A stretch of 37,199 nt of DNA from UHGV virus genome UHGV-0267296. One strand, given 5' to 3'. The DNA is from a virus. The position numbers were made by a program, and so were the translations under genes. The notes below the pieces were generated by a model. It was not told where the DNA came from and made no database searches. It worked only from the letters and a program-made list of their open reading frames with translations. Positions 9,059 to 19,077 of this stretch are shown piece by piece (positions within the stretch are counted from its first letter, which is position 1; the number at the start of each line of letters is the position of its first letter).

Positions 9059-9277
9059 ATGGAAAGCGATGCGGGAAAAGACGAATCACGGAAACGAATG
9101 TACAGAAAGTGTTACGACGTAGAGAAACTGAAAAAATACGTGAATGAAGGAAAGTCGAACGTAGAAATAGCATATTTGTTAGACATATCAGTAGCAACGG
9201 TTATAGCTGGAGTGAAAGCGTATGGATTAAAAGGGATGCGGAAACGTGGCAGACCGAAAAAGGAGCTGATACATTGA
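9059..9277 (+). CDS. small HTH DNA-binding protein
   Basis: 72 aa; VEIAYLLDISVATVIAGVKAYGLKG is HTH-like; basic C-terminus RKRGRPKK. Confidence 0.5.
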   Translation: MESDAGKDESRKRMYRKCYDVEKLKKYVNEGKSNVEIAYLLDISVATVIAGVKAYGLKGMRKRGRPKKELIH

Positions 9278-9391
9278 GCAATACAAACGAACCTAGCGCT
9301 GCCGCGCTGATCCGGGCGCAGGGGCAGCAGATCCGGCGAGAGGCAGCGTGGGAATATTTACAGAGACGATGGGGATTAAGGGGTGATGCGG

Positions 9392-9817
9392 ATGGAGATA
9401 ACGAAGGAATTGCTCCAGGGATACCAGAGTAAAAAGGATGAGATTCTGGAGCTGGATTACATACTCAAAAACCGATGGAGAGATGAGGGGTTGATCGGGA
9501 ATGACGTAATCTTTGATTACAGCAAGGGATACCCCATGCCACAGGGCGTGGTAGGATTTGACAAGGAGAAGTATGATCGCCTTCAGTGTCGGGATCAGCG
9601 ACGGAAGGAGCAGCTGGAGCAGGAATGCGAGGAAATCGAGACTTTTATCGAAAATATTGATGAAAGCCTGACGAGACGGATATTCAGAATGTGCTTCGTA
9701 GATGGGCGCAGACAAAAGGATGTGGCTAAGGCAGTGCATTTAGACAGAAGTCGCATAAGCAGAAAAATAGATAGTTATCTCGAAAACGCACACAAAGCAC
9801 AAAACGCACATGTATAA
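9392..9817 (+). CDS. ArpU/RinA-like phage late-gene transcriptional activator
   Basis: ~140 aa with sigma-70 region-4-like HTH near the C-terminus (QKDVAKAVHLDRSRISRKID). Sits immediately upstream of the packaging module; RBS taaggggtgatgcgg before ATG 9392. Confidence 0.6.
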   Translation: MEITKELLQGYQSKKDEILELDYILKNRWRDEGLIGNDVIFDYSKGYPMPQGVVGFDKEKYDRLQCRDQRRKEQLEQECEEIETFIENIDESLTRRIFRMCFVDGRRQKDVAKAVHLDRSRISRKIDSYLENAHKAQNAHV

Positions 9818-9885
9818 TAATACTAGAGCCAAAAGGCAAAGCGCCTGCGGCTCTTCCCCCTACTCTTGCGTAAACCAAGTAAAGA

Positions 9886-9912
9886 CGCCCTGCATTTGCG
9901 GGACGTTTTTCT
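9886..9912 (+). terminator. rho-independent terminator after ArpU-like gene
   Basis: Hairpin cgccctgc-attt-gcgggacg followed by tttttctt. Confidence 0.5.
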
Positions 9913-9925
9913 TATGTCCATTTAA

Positions 9926-9995
9926 TGGAGTATATCATCAACGGCAGATGTGCAGGGTAGCGCCCTGTGTCCCGGTTCAATTCCGGGTGCTCCGC
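9926..9995 (+). other. tRNA-like element (acceptor stem plus canonical T-arm; anticodon/variable region non-canonical)
   Basis: tggagta..(7 bp with 2 G-U)..tgctccg acceptor pairing. D-stem catc/gatg with loop aacggca. Perfect T-arm cccgg-TTCAATT-ccggg. The anticodon arm folds only with a 5-nt loop, or with a 7-nt loop (anticodon AGC) and a 2-nt variable region. No CCA. Confidence 0.25.
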
Positions 9996-10047
9996 TTCAC
10001 CTCTTGAAATAATACCCACGATGTATTACAGAAAGAGGGTTGATAAA

Positions 10048-10797
10048 ATGAATAGCTTTATAAGCTGGATCGGTGGCAAGAAACTACTGAAAAGAAAGAT
10101 CATGGAACAGTTTCCAAAGAATTTTGACAGATACATTGAGGTATTTGGTGGAGCCGGATGGGTACTGTTCGACAAAGAAAAGCATGCGGACATGGAAGTA
10201 TACAACGATGTGAACGGAGAACTGGTGAATCTGTTCCGGTGTGTAAAATATCATCCAGATGCATTACAAAAAGAGCTGGACTGGACGCTGATATCCAGGG
10301 AACAGTTTTTCAACTGTGTTGCCCAAAATGAGATTCAGGGCATGACAGACATACAGAGAGCAGCGAGGTTCTACTGTCGAATAAAACTAAGTTTTGGTGC
10401 TGACCTTGATTCGTTTGGTGTGCGACCGAGGAATATGCAGAAAACAATCGCCTATTTGCAAGAAGCATCGAAGAGATTGAATAGAGTAGTAATTGAGAAT
10501 GTCGATTTTGAGCGTCTTATAAAAACGTATGACCGGGAGTCGGCATTATTTTATTGCGATCCGCCGTATTACGATGCAGAAAAATATTATCCAGACAAGT
10601 TTCAGCCGGAAGATCATGTGAGACTGAGGGATACGCTTTCCCGGATTAAAGGTAAGTTTATCCTGTCTTACAATGACTGTCAGGAGATCCGGGACTTGTA
10701 CGCAGGATATGATCTGATCGAAGTAGATCGGCAGGATAATCTTGTAACGAAAACTAACCCACGTCGTTACAGGGAGTTAATTATAAAAAATTATTAG
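10048..10797 (+). CDS. Dam-family N6-adenine DNA methyltransferase, orphan
   Basis: Starts MNSFISWIGGKKLL (typical Dam N-terminus); FGGAGWV SAM-binding motif; catalytic DPPY (YCDPPYYDAEKYY). RBS gagggttgataaa before ATG 10048. The ORF track extends artificially upstream to 9967. Confidence 0.85.
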   Translation: MNSFISWIGGKKLLKRKIMEQFPKNFDRYIEVFGGAGWVLFDKEKHADMEVYNDVNGELVNLFRCVKYHPDALQKELDWTLISREQFFNCVAQNEIQGMTDIQRAARFYCRIKLSFGADLDSFGVRPRNMQKTIAYLQEASKRLNRVVIENVDFERLIKTYDRESALFYCDPPYYDAEKYYPDKFQPEDHVRLRDTLSRIKGKFILSYNDCQEIRDLYAGYDLIEVDRQDNLVTKTNPRRYRELIIKNY

Positions 10798-10845
10798 AAA
10801 AAAGTGGGTATTATTTCGGAAGTGGATGAAAGGTGGTGAGCCCGG

Positions 10846-11331
10846 ATGACAAAAAAGCAGAAAAGATTTGTAGAAGAATATTTGATTGACCTGAATGCCA
10901 CTCAGGCAGCCATTCGGGCGGGGTATTCTCCGGCCACGGCAAAAGAGATCGGATGTGAAAACTTAACAAAACCTAACATTTCGGAAGCAATCGCGAAAGC
11001 AATGGCGGAACGTTCACGAAGGACAGGGGTTAATCAAGATCGCGTACTTCAGGAGTTGGCCAAAATTGCATTTGCAAAGATCACGGACGCAGTGGATCTG
11101 AAAACAGCAACCGTGAGGGAAGATGCCTCCGAAGATGATTTGGCATGTATTCAGTCGATTAAAATAAAACCGAATGAGTTCGGAACAGAAAGAGAAATCA
11201 AAATGTACGACAAAAGGTCTGCGTTAGTGGATCTTGGAAAACATCTTGGATTATTTAATTCCGATAAGGAACAAGAAAAGCCGATTCAGATCACTTTTGT
11301 GAAAGCGAGCGAGAAGCAAGATGGCGGATAA
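10846..11331 (+). CDS. terminase small subunit (Terminase_2/P27-type)
   Basis: [43 protein letters not shown] is the hallmark N-terminus of this TerS family. Confidence 0.85.
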   Translation: MTKKQKRFVEEYLIDLNATQAAIRAGYSPATAKEIGCENLTKPNISEAIAKAMAERSRRTGVNQDRVLQELAKIAFAKITDAVDLKTATVREDASEDDLACIQSIKIKPNEFGTEREIKMYDKRSALVDLGKHLGLFNSDKEQEKPIQITFVKASEKQDGG

Positions 11332-12607
11332 TATTGATTTTGCATTAAATGATCACTTCTATGATTTTGTGGATGACTGGAACTATAAATTTTATTTTCT
11401 AGTCGGTGGATATGGCAGCTCCAAGAGTTATCATGTAGCCGTAAAACTGATTAAAAAATTGCTTGAAGAGAAACGAAAAGCTTTGGTTGTCCGAGAGGTT
11501 TTTGATACAATCAGAGACTCTTGTTATGACCTCCTACAGGAAGTCGCTGAAGCTATGGGTGTTGATGGCTATTTGACGTTTACATCATCGCCGATGCAGG
11601 TCAAGTTTAGTAATGGCAGCAGGATTATTTTTAAAGGGATGGACAAACCGGCAAAATTAAAATCTTTGAACGGTGTATCCATCGTATGGATTGAGGAGTG
11701 TTCAGAAGTGAAATACGCAGGATTCAAGGAGATACTCGGACGTTTGAGACATCCGACTCTAAGCAATCATATCATTCTATCAACAAACCCGGTCAGTAAA
11801 GGAAACTGGTGTTATAAATATTTCTTTCAGGACAAAAAGAAGAAAGTATTTGTTTTAGATGATGAGAAACTATATAAAGAGCGAACCGTAGTTGTCGGGA
11901 ACACGTACTACCATCATAGTACTGTTGACGACAATTTTTTTGTGCCTAAAGAGTATGTGGAGCAGTTGGATGACTTGCAGACACATGACCCGGATTTGTA
12001 CCGTGTGGCAAGGCAAGGGCGGTTCGGAGTAAATGGATCGCTCGTGTTCCCGCAGTTTGTTGTAGAGCCTGCAAATCAGGTTGAAAAGGAAATTAAAGCA
12101 ATTAGAACCCCACTTGAAAAGAATGGTATGGACTTCGGTTTTGTTACATCATACAATGCTGCGCTTCGGATGATTGTGGATCACGACGAAAAGATTTTAT
12201 ATATTTACCGAGAATATTACAGTCGGAATAAAACAGACCCGGAGATTGCGGAAGATATGAAAGACTGGAAGGATATTGTGATTAAAGCAGATTGCGCTGA
12301 ACCAAAGGCAATAAGATATTACAAACAGTCAGGCTTCCGAATGAAAGCGTGTAAGAAGTTCAAGGGCAGCAGGGCGATGTATACGAAGAAAGTAAAGCGA
12401 TTTAAAAAGATTGTATGCTCCGATGCCTGTCCGAATACGATCGATGAGCTTCAGGATTTGACCTTTGCGGTAGATAAAGATGACGAGATCATCGAAGATG
12501 AATTTAATATCGATCCGCATACATTATCGGCAATATGGTACGCTCTAGACGATTACGAGGTTTCGGACTTAAAAGGCGGCGGATTAAGAACACTTGGAAC
12601 GAGGTGA
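11321..12607 (+). CDS. terminase large subunit
   Basis: Walker [12 protein letters not shown]; size (428 aa) and position typical of PBSX/SPP1-type TerL. Overlaps terS stop. Confidence 0.88.
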   Translation: MADNIDFALNDHFYDFVDDWNYKFYFLVGGYGSSKSYHVAVKLIKKLLEEKRKALVVREVFDTIRDSCYDLLQEVAEAMGVDGYLTFTSSPMQVKFSNGSRIIFKGMDKPAKLKSLNGVSIVWIEECSEVKYAGFKEILGRLRHPTLSNHIILSTNPVSKGNWCYKYFFQDKKKKVFVLDDEKLYKERTVVVGNTYYHHSTVDDNFFVPKEYVEQLDDLQTHDPDLYRVARQGRFGVNGSLVFPQFVVEPANQVEKEIKAIRTPLEKNGMDFGFVTSYNAALRMIVDHDEKILYIYREYYSRNKTDPEIAEDMKDWKDIVIKADCAEPKAIRYYKQSGFRMKACKKFKGSRAMYTKKVKRFKKIVCSDACPNTIDELQDLTFAVDKDDEIIEDEFNIDPHTLSAIWYALDDYEVSDLKGGGLRTLGTR

Positions 12608-14096
12608 CAAGGTGAAAATAAAAGAATTATGGAACAAAATCAGAAAGGGCGTGAAAGCGGGAATGGCAGCGGCAACAGAGAGCAACGTACTTACGGACAA
12701 CAGAGTTGTAAGTATGATAGAGAAATTTAAAGCTTCGGGAAAATATAAGTTGATGCAAGAGGGGGAACGGTACTATCAGGCGGATAACGATATTAAGAAC
12801 CGAAAAATTACAAGGAAAGTAGACGGGCATAAAGAGGAAGAGACATGGAGGGCGAACAATAAACTTGCCCATGCGAAGTATAAAATTCAGGTAGATGAGA
12901 AAATTGCATACTTGCTTACTAAGCCGGTTACATATAAAACAGACGGAACAGATAAAAACGACACTTATGTCGAAAAGGTCAAAGATGTGCTTGGGAAACA
13001 CTTTCAGTATCAACTTACACAACTCGGATATGAGGCGTCAAACAAAGGGATCGGATGGTTGCATGTATATCTTGATCCGGAAGGAGAGTTGAAAACAATC
13101 GTGATCCCGGCGGAGCAGTGCATTCCGTACTGGTCGGACAGAAGCCATACAGAACTGGATGCCATGATCCGGGTATACAATACGACGGTATGGCAGTATA
13201 ACCAAGAGAAAGAGATTACGAATGTAGAAATTTGGACAAAGGACGGCGTAAAATATTACCGTTTAGAAGGACAAATGCTCGTCTACGACAATGATAAAAG
13301 TATGGATGCAGGCGGACCCGTAGCGCATTATAAAAGTGTAGAGGAGTGGAAAACGTGGGGGAAGGTGCCATTCATTCCGTTTAAAAACAATCAGATCGAA
13401 ATGCCGGACATCAAATTTGTAAAGAGCTTAATTGATGGCTATGATTTAGGGCGCAGTGAAGCGGCGAACTATATGGATGAGGTCAAAAACCTGATATTTG
13501 TCTTAAAGGGGTATGGAGGTCAAAATCTATCAGATTTTATAAAACAGCTCAATGAAGACAGAGCAATTTTGATCGACGACGCAGAAGATGGAGGCGTCGA
13601 TACGCTTACGCCACAAATGGATATTACTGCATTGCGAGAGCACTACGAGCAGTTAAACCGCGATATTGTAGAGAGTGGGCAATCGGTAAATAAAGACTTG
13701 GACAAATTCGGATCAGCGCCGTCTGGCGTGGCTTTGAAATTCATGTACAGCAGTCTTGACCTTAAATGCAACCTTATGGAAACGGAGTTCAGCAGAGGGT
13801 TTGAAATGCTATTGTATTTTGTGGATCTGTATTTGCAGATTTCCGGACAGGGAGATTACGAAAAGATTGATGTAGAGTTGGTCTTTAACAGAGATATGGC
13901 GATAAACGAGGCGGAGCAGATTCAAAATTGCAGCAATTCCCAAGGAATCGTATCAGATGAAACACTGATCGCGCACCATCCTTTTGTGTCTGATGTGGAA
14001 GAAGAACTGGAAGCGTTGAAAAGGCAAAAGGAAGCATATAGTCCGTCGTGGGATCAAGCGCCGATTGTAAAGGATGAAGGAAATGGAGAAGAATAG
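12594..14096 (+). CDS. portal protein (SPP1 gp6-like)
   Basis: 500 aa directly after TerL, overlapping start of MuF gene; acidic C-terminus. Confidence 0.75.
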   Translation: MERGDKVKIKELWNKIRKGVKAGMAAATESNVLTDNRVVSMIEKFKASGKYKLMQEGERYYQADNDIKNRKITRKVDGHKEEETWRANNKLAHAKYKIQVDEKIAYLLTKPVTYKTDGTDKNDTYVEKVKDVLGKHFQYQLTQLGYEASNKGIGWLHVYLDPEGELKTIVIPAEQCIPYWSDRSHTELDAMIRVYNTTVWQYNQEKEITNVEIWTKDGVKYYRLEGQMLVYDNDKSMDAGGPVAHYKSVEEWKTWGKVPFIPFKNNQIEMPDIKFVKSLIDGYDLGRSEAANYMDEVKNLIFVLKGYGGQNLSDFIKQLNEDRAILIDDAEDGGVDTLTPQMDITALREHYEQLNRDIVESGQSVNKDLDKFGSAPSGVALKFMYSSLDLKCNLMETEFSRGFEMLLYFVDLYLQISGQGDYEKIDVELVFNRDMAINEAEQIQNCSNSQGIVSDETLIAHHPFVSDVEEELEALKRQKEAYSPSWDQAPIVKDEGNGEE

Positions 14097-15549
14097 CGAA
14101 TACTGGGAAAAGAGACTTGCGTCGGAAACGTGGAAAACTTACAACTCACTGGAAGAAAAGAACCGGGAACTGTTGGAGTTTTATATCGATGCGAGCGAAA
14201 GCGTAAAAGATGAACTCTATCGGCTGGCAGAGAAGTACAGCAAGGATGGGGTTCTTTCTCTTTCTGATATGCATAAACAGAACCGTCTCACAGAATTGAA
14301 CGGAAAGTTTGAAAAGATCATAGAGGATCTTGGACATTCAACGGAAGCATTTGCAAAGAAAAACATGCAGGATGGATTCAAAAAAGTGTATGCGGATACC
14401 GCGGCAGGCATGGGAGATCTTGATTTTTCAATGCCGAATAAGAAACTGATGGAGAAGCTGATGGAAACACCGTGGCGAGGGGATAACTTTTCGGGAAGAC
14501 TCTGGAAGAATCAAAAGAAATTGGCAGTTAGTCTGAATGATATCCTGCTTACTGGATTGCAGCAGGGAAAAACGGCGGTTGAAATCGCGATCATGCTTCA
14601 TAACCGTATGGGGCAGGGATTTAATGAATGCCACAGGCTTGTCCGAACGGAAACGATGCATTATTTGAACGATGCGACCTTGCAGCGTTATAAAGACGCA
14701 GATGTTAAGTATGTGCAGATTTTAGCAGCAAAAGATGAAAGAACCTGCGATATCTGCGGTGGATATCACGAAAAGGTCTATCCGATCGAGGAGTGTGTTC
14801 ACGTTCCGCTGCATGCGAATTGCCGGTGTACGATCATTCCGGTTACGGATGAGAAATTGATTGCGGCATATGAGAAAAATCATCCTGACGAGTTAGAATC
14901 GGATATCGGACAGAAAATAGTAGAGCGTATTACTGGGATATCAAAACAGAGAAAGATGTTTGAACAGAAAGTTAAAAATATAAATGATATTCGTGTAAGA
15001 ACATTATTAACCCAATCGTTGGAAAGGACTACTATAAAAAGGGCAAAAGGAAGAAAGTCTAAATATTCGGCTAGTGAAAAGACAGTGTATCTAGCGAAAA
15101 ATGCAAAGGTTGATACATTAGCGCATGAACTATTCCATGAAATAGATGATGCTTATGGGTTAATTGAAAATGGATTGTTAAGTAAATCTGTTATATCTGA
15201 TTACAATAAGCTGCAGAACCTTGCGAAAGGTTATGGAAAATCCATTGAAGAAATGTTATACTCAAGGTATCCAAAAGCATTCAGGAAAGATACCGAGAAA
15301 TTGGCGTTGAAGGAAGAGTATCGAGGCATTTCGGATATTTTAAACGGAATGTCTAGCGGGGAAATAAATCTTGGATATTGGCACGATAAAGAATATTGGA
15401 AAAAGACTGGAAGAGTAGAAGCAGAAAGTTTCGCACAATTTGGGCGTGCTTTGTACGGGGGAAATCCAGAGGTTTTGGATATGTTTAAATCATTATTTCC
15501 GAATTCATACGATGAGGTGAGTGGAAGGATTGAAAGGTTGATAAAATAA
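14074..15549 (+). CDS. MuF/SPP1 gp7-family minor head protein with C-terminal HExxH (zincin-like) extension - MuF polymorphic-toxin architecture
   Basis: MuF domain end motif CDICGGYHEKVYPIEECVHVPLHANCRCTIIPV at ~aa 225-260, then ~230 extra aa containing LAHELFHEIDDAYG (HExxH). Confidence 0.75.
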   Translation: MKEMEKNSEYWEKRLASETWKTYNSLEEKNRELLEFYIDASESVKDELYRLAEKYSKDGVLSLSDMHKQNRLTELNGKFEKIIEDLGHSTEAFAKKNMQDGFKKVYADTAAGMGDLDFSMPNKKLMEKLMETPWRGDNFSGRLWKNQKKLAVSLNDILLTGLQQGKTAVEIAIMLHNRMGQGFNECHRLVRTETMHYLNDATLQRYKDADVKYVQILAAKDERTCDICGGYHEKVYPIEECVHVPLHANCRCTIIPVTDEKLIAAYEKNHPDELESDIGQKIVERITGISKQRKMFEQKVKNINDIRVRTLLTQSLERTTIKRAKGRKSKYSASEKTVYLAKNAKVDTLAHELFHEIDDAYGLIENGLLSKSVISDYNKLQNLAKGYGKSIEEMLYSRYPKAFRKDTEKLALKEEYRGISDILNGMSSGEINLGYWHDKEYWKKTGRVEAESFAQFGRALYGGNPEVLDMFKSLFPNSYDEVSGRIERLIK

Positions 15550-15731
15550 TGTGGTATGGAAAGACAACAGAGGAATTGAAAAAATTGAATGAAGAGTACT
15601 ATAAGTTGTTCGGTGGGTATCCATTCGGGCATATGGAGCTTGAATATGAAGCCGATGAGTACGATGAGTATGTAAGAGATATTAAAAAAGCAATCAGAAT
15701 CAAGAAACCATTAACAGAATTTGTAGATTAG
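15549..15731 (+). CDS. candidate immunity protein for MuF C-terminal domain (60 aa, acidic)
   Basis: Start ATG overlaps the MuF stop (ATAATG); MWYGKTTEELKKLNEEYYKLFGGYPFGHMELEYEADEYDEYVRDIKK.. Position and size match immunity genes of MuF toxins. Confidence 0.35.
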   Translation: MWYGKTTEELKKLNEEYYKLFGGYPFGHMELEYEADEYDEYVRDIKKAIRIKKPLTEFVD

Positions 15732-15796
15732 ATACCACCGGTCGAATACGATTGGTGGTCTTCTTATATTCAGAAAGCAGGAAAGGAGGAAGTGCT

Positions 15797-15976
15797 ATGA
15801 AAGCAGTATGTGTTAAAAGTTATTATGACAAGCAGCTGAAGAGGAAAGTCACAGTTGGAGATGAACTGGAGCTGACAGATGAACGGTTCAAAGAGTTGTC
15901 TACGCCAAGTAACGACGCAAAAATGGCGTTGGTAAAAGCGAAGCCTGCGAAAAAGGCGGTTGTAAAGAAAGGATAA
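15797..15976 (+). CDS. small basic protein (59 aa)
   Basis: ATG at 15797 with RBS aggaaaggaggaagtgct; Lys/Ala-rich C-terminus AKPAKKAVVKKG. Confidence 0.4.
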   Translation: MKAVCVKSYYDKQLKRKVTVGDELELTDERFKELSTPSNDAKMALVKAKPAKKAVVKKG

Positions 15977-16136
15977 GGTGATCCTGAATATCTCCCAGCT
16001 CCGGGTTACAGAGCACACGAAGCATCCGTAAGGGTGCTATTTTTCTACCCTTTTTTATAGGTTGCAGGGTATAAAGAACAACGGTACATCCCAGTACCGG
16101 GAGAGCCGGTATAAAAATCTATGGAGGTAAAGAAAA

Positions 16137-16730
16137 ATGGAGTGGTTACAGAAAATTTTATCAAATGCGGTTTATGCAGCAGACGGGAAGCTGGATGTGG
16201 AGGCTACCATGAAAAAGGTGAATGAGGAAGCGCCAAAGCATATCATTCCGAAAGAGCAGTATGACGGAAAGGTAAAGGAGCTTGAGACTGCAAATAAGAC
16301 AATCGGGGATCTGAAAAGGAACAATGCCGATAACAAGGAGCTTCAGAAGACGATCAAAACGCACGAAGGGACAATCAAGCAGTTAAAAGTTGACCATGAG
16401 AAAGAGATTAAAGGCATGAAGATCGATGCGGCAATCAATAAGGCGCTTGCGGATAACAATGCGAAACACGCGGAATTACTGGCAGGGAAAATTGACCGTG
16501 AAAAACTGATCGTTTCGGATGATGGAACAGTTTCAGGACTGGACGAGCAGATGAAAGGCTTGAAGGAAAGCTATAAGGATCTGTTTAATCCTGTTTTGTC
16601 AGGAAGAAATCCGGCAAACCCTGACGGAGGTGGTTCAGGGGTAACGGCATTTGATACACTTGTGCAAAACGCCGACAGCATGACAGCCGAAGAAGTGGCG
16701 GCACAGTTTGCGGCGATGGCGAAAGAATAA
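16137..16730 (+). CDS. scaffolding protein
   Basis: 197 aa, highly charged coiled-coil, immediately upstream of major capsid gene; RBS ggaggtaaagaaaa. Confidence 0.7.
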   Translation: MEWLQKILSNAVYAADGKLDVEATMKKVNEEAPKHIIPKEQYDGKVKELETANKTIGDLKRNNADNKELQKTIKTHEGTIKQLKVDHEKEIKGMKIDAAINKALADNNAKHAELLAGKIDREKLIVSDDGTVSGLDEQMKGLKESYKDLFNPVLSGRNPANPDGGGSGVTAFDTLVQNADSMTAEEVAAQFAAMAKE

Positions 16731-16752
16731 GAAAGAGAGAGGATGAAAGAAT

Positions 16753-17631
16753 ATGGCAGCAGATAATTTTAAACCTACCCTTTGGGAGGGAGCGCTTCTA
16801 GCGAACTTCCATTCCGTATCGATTGCGGATGTATTAGCAACAAAACCGGCAGAGATCAAAGGGCAGAAAGTCATTTTTAACCGAGTTGCAGGGGGGACAC
16901 TGAAAGATTACTCAGGAAGTGTGGACTGGGATGACATCGACACGACTCCGGTAGAAATGGCATTTGACAAGAAGAAATATTTTGCGTTTGCGTTGGACGA
17001 TGTGGATAAGGTGCAGTTAAAAGCAGATCTTTTGTCAGCGACAACGAAAGAACATGCGGCGGTCCTTGCGGAGACGTATGATAAAGACTTTTTCGCGGCG
17101 TTGTTGGCAGGGACAAAACTTCTGATCGGAAGTTCTTCCGCGAAGAAGAAAGTAACTGCGGCAAGCGCATATGATTACATCGTAGATCTTGGAACGATGC
17201 TCTCCAAGAAGAAAGTTCCGAAAGTCAACCGTTTCGTGACGGTAAATGCGGATTATCTTGGATTACTGTCCAAAGATAAGCGCTTCACGGCAAACCCGAA
17301 AGTGTTGGAAAATGGAGTGGTAGAGGGTCAGACGATCAATGGCATGCAGGTGATGTGTTCCGAGGAGCTTCCGGCAAATGTCATTATCGCAAACCATAAA
17401 TCCGCGATCGGTGCGGCGAAGCAGATCAATGAAGTGGAAGCGATGCGCTTACAGAATAAGTTCGCAGACGGAATTCGTGGACTTTGTGTGTACGGTGATA
17501 AAGTGCTCCGTGACGATGCGAGTGCGGCATTATACTTTGAAGTCGGAACAGCGGCGGATGCAGATCCGATCAACGTCAAGATCACAAACGATACAAAGAG
17601 TCCGGTAAACACAAAAGAGGTATCAGCCTAG
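16753..17631 (+). CDS. major capsid protein
   Basis: 292 aa after scaffold; RBS agagaggatgaaagaat; followed by strong terminator. Confidence 0.8.
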   Translation: MAADNFKPTLWEGALLANFHSVSIADVLATKPAEIKGQKVIFNRVAGGTLKDYSGSVDWDDIDTTPVEMAFDKKKYFAFALDDVDKVQLKADLLSATTKEHAAVLAETYDKDFFAALLAGTKLLIGSSSAKKKVTAASAYDYIVDLGTMLSKKKVPKVNRFVTVNADYLGLLSKDKRFTANPKVLENGVVEGQTINGMQVMCSEELPANVIIANHKSAIGAAKQINEVEAMRLQNKFADGIRGLCVYGDKVLRDDASAALYFEVGTAADADPINVKITNDTKSPVNTKEVSA

Positions 17632-17655
17632 AGGGGGAGCAATCCCTCTCTTTTT
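17630..17655 (+). terminator. rho-independent terminator after major capsid gene
   Basis: agaggg-ggagcaat-ccctct then cttttt. Confidence 0.7.
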
Positions 17656-17668
17656 GAGGTGATGAAGA

Positions 17669-17980
17669 ATGGAAGAAAAGATTTTAAATGAATTGTTGAA
17701 GCGTCCGGGAATGTCTGAACAAGACTGGGAGCTTTTGAAAGACATGATCCACGACAGCATCATCGACATGCGGAGCTGCTTAAATTATGAGGATGAAGAG
17801 TCGTTGCCGGAAGGGGTAATTCCGGCTGTAAAAGAACTGACGCTGATCCGTTTTAACAAAGACGGAGTTGAGGGAATTGCAAGCGAATCGCAAAGCTTCG
17901 GCGGAAGTACGACATATATGGACTCTCTGCCGGATCAGGTAAAGCGAACGATCAGAAGATATAGAAGATTACCGAGGTGA
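17669..17980 (+). CDS. head-tail connector (gp6-like) protein
   Basis: 103 aa, acidic, ends RTIRRYRRLPR; position after capsid gene. Confidence 0.55.
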   Translation: MEEKILNELLKRPGMSEQDWELLKDMIHDSIIDMRSCLNYEDEESLPEGVIPAVKELTLIRFNKDGVEGIASESQSFGGSTTYMDSLPDQVKRTIRRYRRLPR

Positions 17981-17985
17981 TAGAT

Positions 17986-18291
17986 ATGTCAATTAACAGA
18001 GATATGAAACCGTATCGGCTGCAGAAAGAAGAAACTGTCAGAACTCCATCCGGGGCAGAAAAACAGAAATGGATTGACATGGGCGGGGTAAAAGCTGCCG
18101 TTTACAAGAAAAATGATATGAAGGTGGCTGCATCTGCGACCTATTTGGAATCGACACATATAGGGCTGACGCGCTGTAAAAGTATCAAAGCAGAGGGATA
18201 CCGCCTTGTAAAAGACGACGTTGTCTATCGAATTATAGATTGTAATCCGCAGGGACGCATGACGAATCTTCTGTTGAAGGTGGTGGAGTGA
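17986..18291 (+). CDS. head closure / head-tail joining protein (SPP1 gp16-like)
   Basis: ~100 aa; ATG 17986 overlapping previous stop; order conserved. Confidence 0.5.
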   Translation: MSINRDMKPYRLQKEETVRTPSGAEKQKWIDMGGVKAAVYKKNDMKVAASATYLESTHIGLTRCKSIKAEGYRLVKDDVVYRIIDCNPQGRMTNLLLKVVE

Positions 18292-18701
18292 TGGCAGATA
18301 ATGACGATTTTGTTCAAAGTATCCGGGATGCAACGGCAAAGATTACTTTGGACATGGAGAAGAAAGTGTCGCAGGCGTGTCTTGTAGTGGAAGGTGAGGC
18401 GCGCCAGCTTTGTCCGGTCGATCAAGGTCATCTTAGGGCGTCGATTACAAGTGAGACGGAAATCACGGCAAGCGAAATTATCGGCAGGATTGGGAGTAAT
18501 TTGGAATATGCCCCCTATGTGCACAACGGCACAGGTATTTACGCTGTAAACGGAGACGGAAGAAAGACGCCGTGGGTGTATGAAGTGAAAGCAGGAAAAT
18601 ACAAAGGGATGCATTTTACGGTAGGACAGAGACCAAAACCGTTTTTGTCATACGCCATTATCTACAATGCGGCACAGATTGAGAAAATACTCGGAGGTTG
18701 A
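18288..18701 (+). CDS. HK97 gp10-family tail component
   Basis: Motif GSNLEYAPYVHNGTG typical of HK97 gp10 family. Confidence 0.6.
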   Translation: MMADNDDFVQSIRDATAKITLDMEKKVSQACLVVEGEARQLCPVDQGHLRASITSETEITASEIIGRIGSNLEYAPYVHNGTGIYAVNGDGRKTPWVYEVKAGKYKGMHFTVGQRPKPFLSYAIIYNAAQIEKILGG

Positions 18702-18702
18702 T

Positions 18703-19077
18703 ATGGAGATTAGCATTAAAAACTATATCGAAACGGAGATCCCGAAACTGTTGGGCAAATTATATCCGGTATTTACAACAGTGTTAGACGATGTAAGTGT
18801 AGTTTATACATTTACCCCGATATCCGGCGGACATGTAAAGCAGAGTCAGCTTGAGTTAAAGATCATGCACCGGGATTATGATACTTGCAAAGATACAGAA
18901 GTGAAATTGAAAGATCTGCTCGATATGGAAGAAGATGATCCTTATATTACAACCGGGAATATCCGTTTTCATTCTGGTATAGCAGGTGGAGGAACAATAT
19001 TTAATGATGGGTGTCAAATGTTTGAAGATACCCTGTATTTTATCATTGATTGGAGGAAACGTAATGAAAAACAATGA
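18703..19077 (+). CDS. tail completion/terminator-like protein
   Basis: ATG 18703 (MEISIKNYIETEIPK..), 124 aa, between gp10-like and major tail genes. Confidence 0.45.
   Translation: MEISIKNYIETEIPKLLGKLYPVFTTVLDDVSVVYTFTPISGGHVKQSQLELKIMHRDYDTCKDTEVKLKDLLDMEEDDPYITTGNIRFHSGIAGGGTIFNDGCQMFEDTLYFIIDWRKRNEKQ

Noticed and set aside
9293-9739. Minus-strand ORF antisense to the ArpU-like gene, and the GC-rich segment 9290-9350 with gatccgg direct repeats
   Set aside because: The antisense ORF lacks start context and overlaps a well-supported + gene. The GC-rich repeats might be a regulatory or pac-related site, but nothing in the sequence lets me assign a function.
9926-9995. Calling a bona fide tRNA gene
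   Set aside because: Acceptor, D and T arms fold, but no arrangement gives a 7-nt anticodon loop together with a normal variable loop, and CCA is absent. Reported only as tRNA-like pending covariance-model search.
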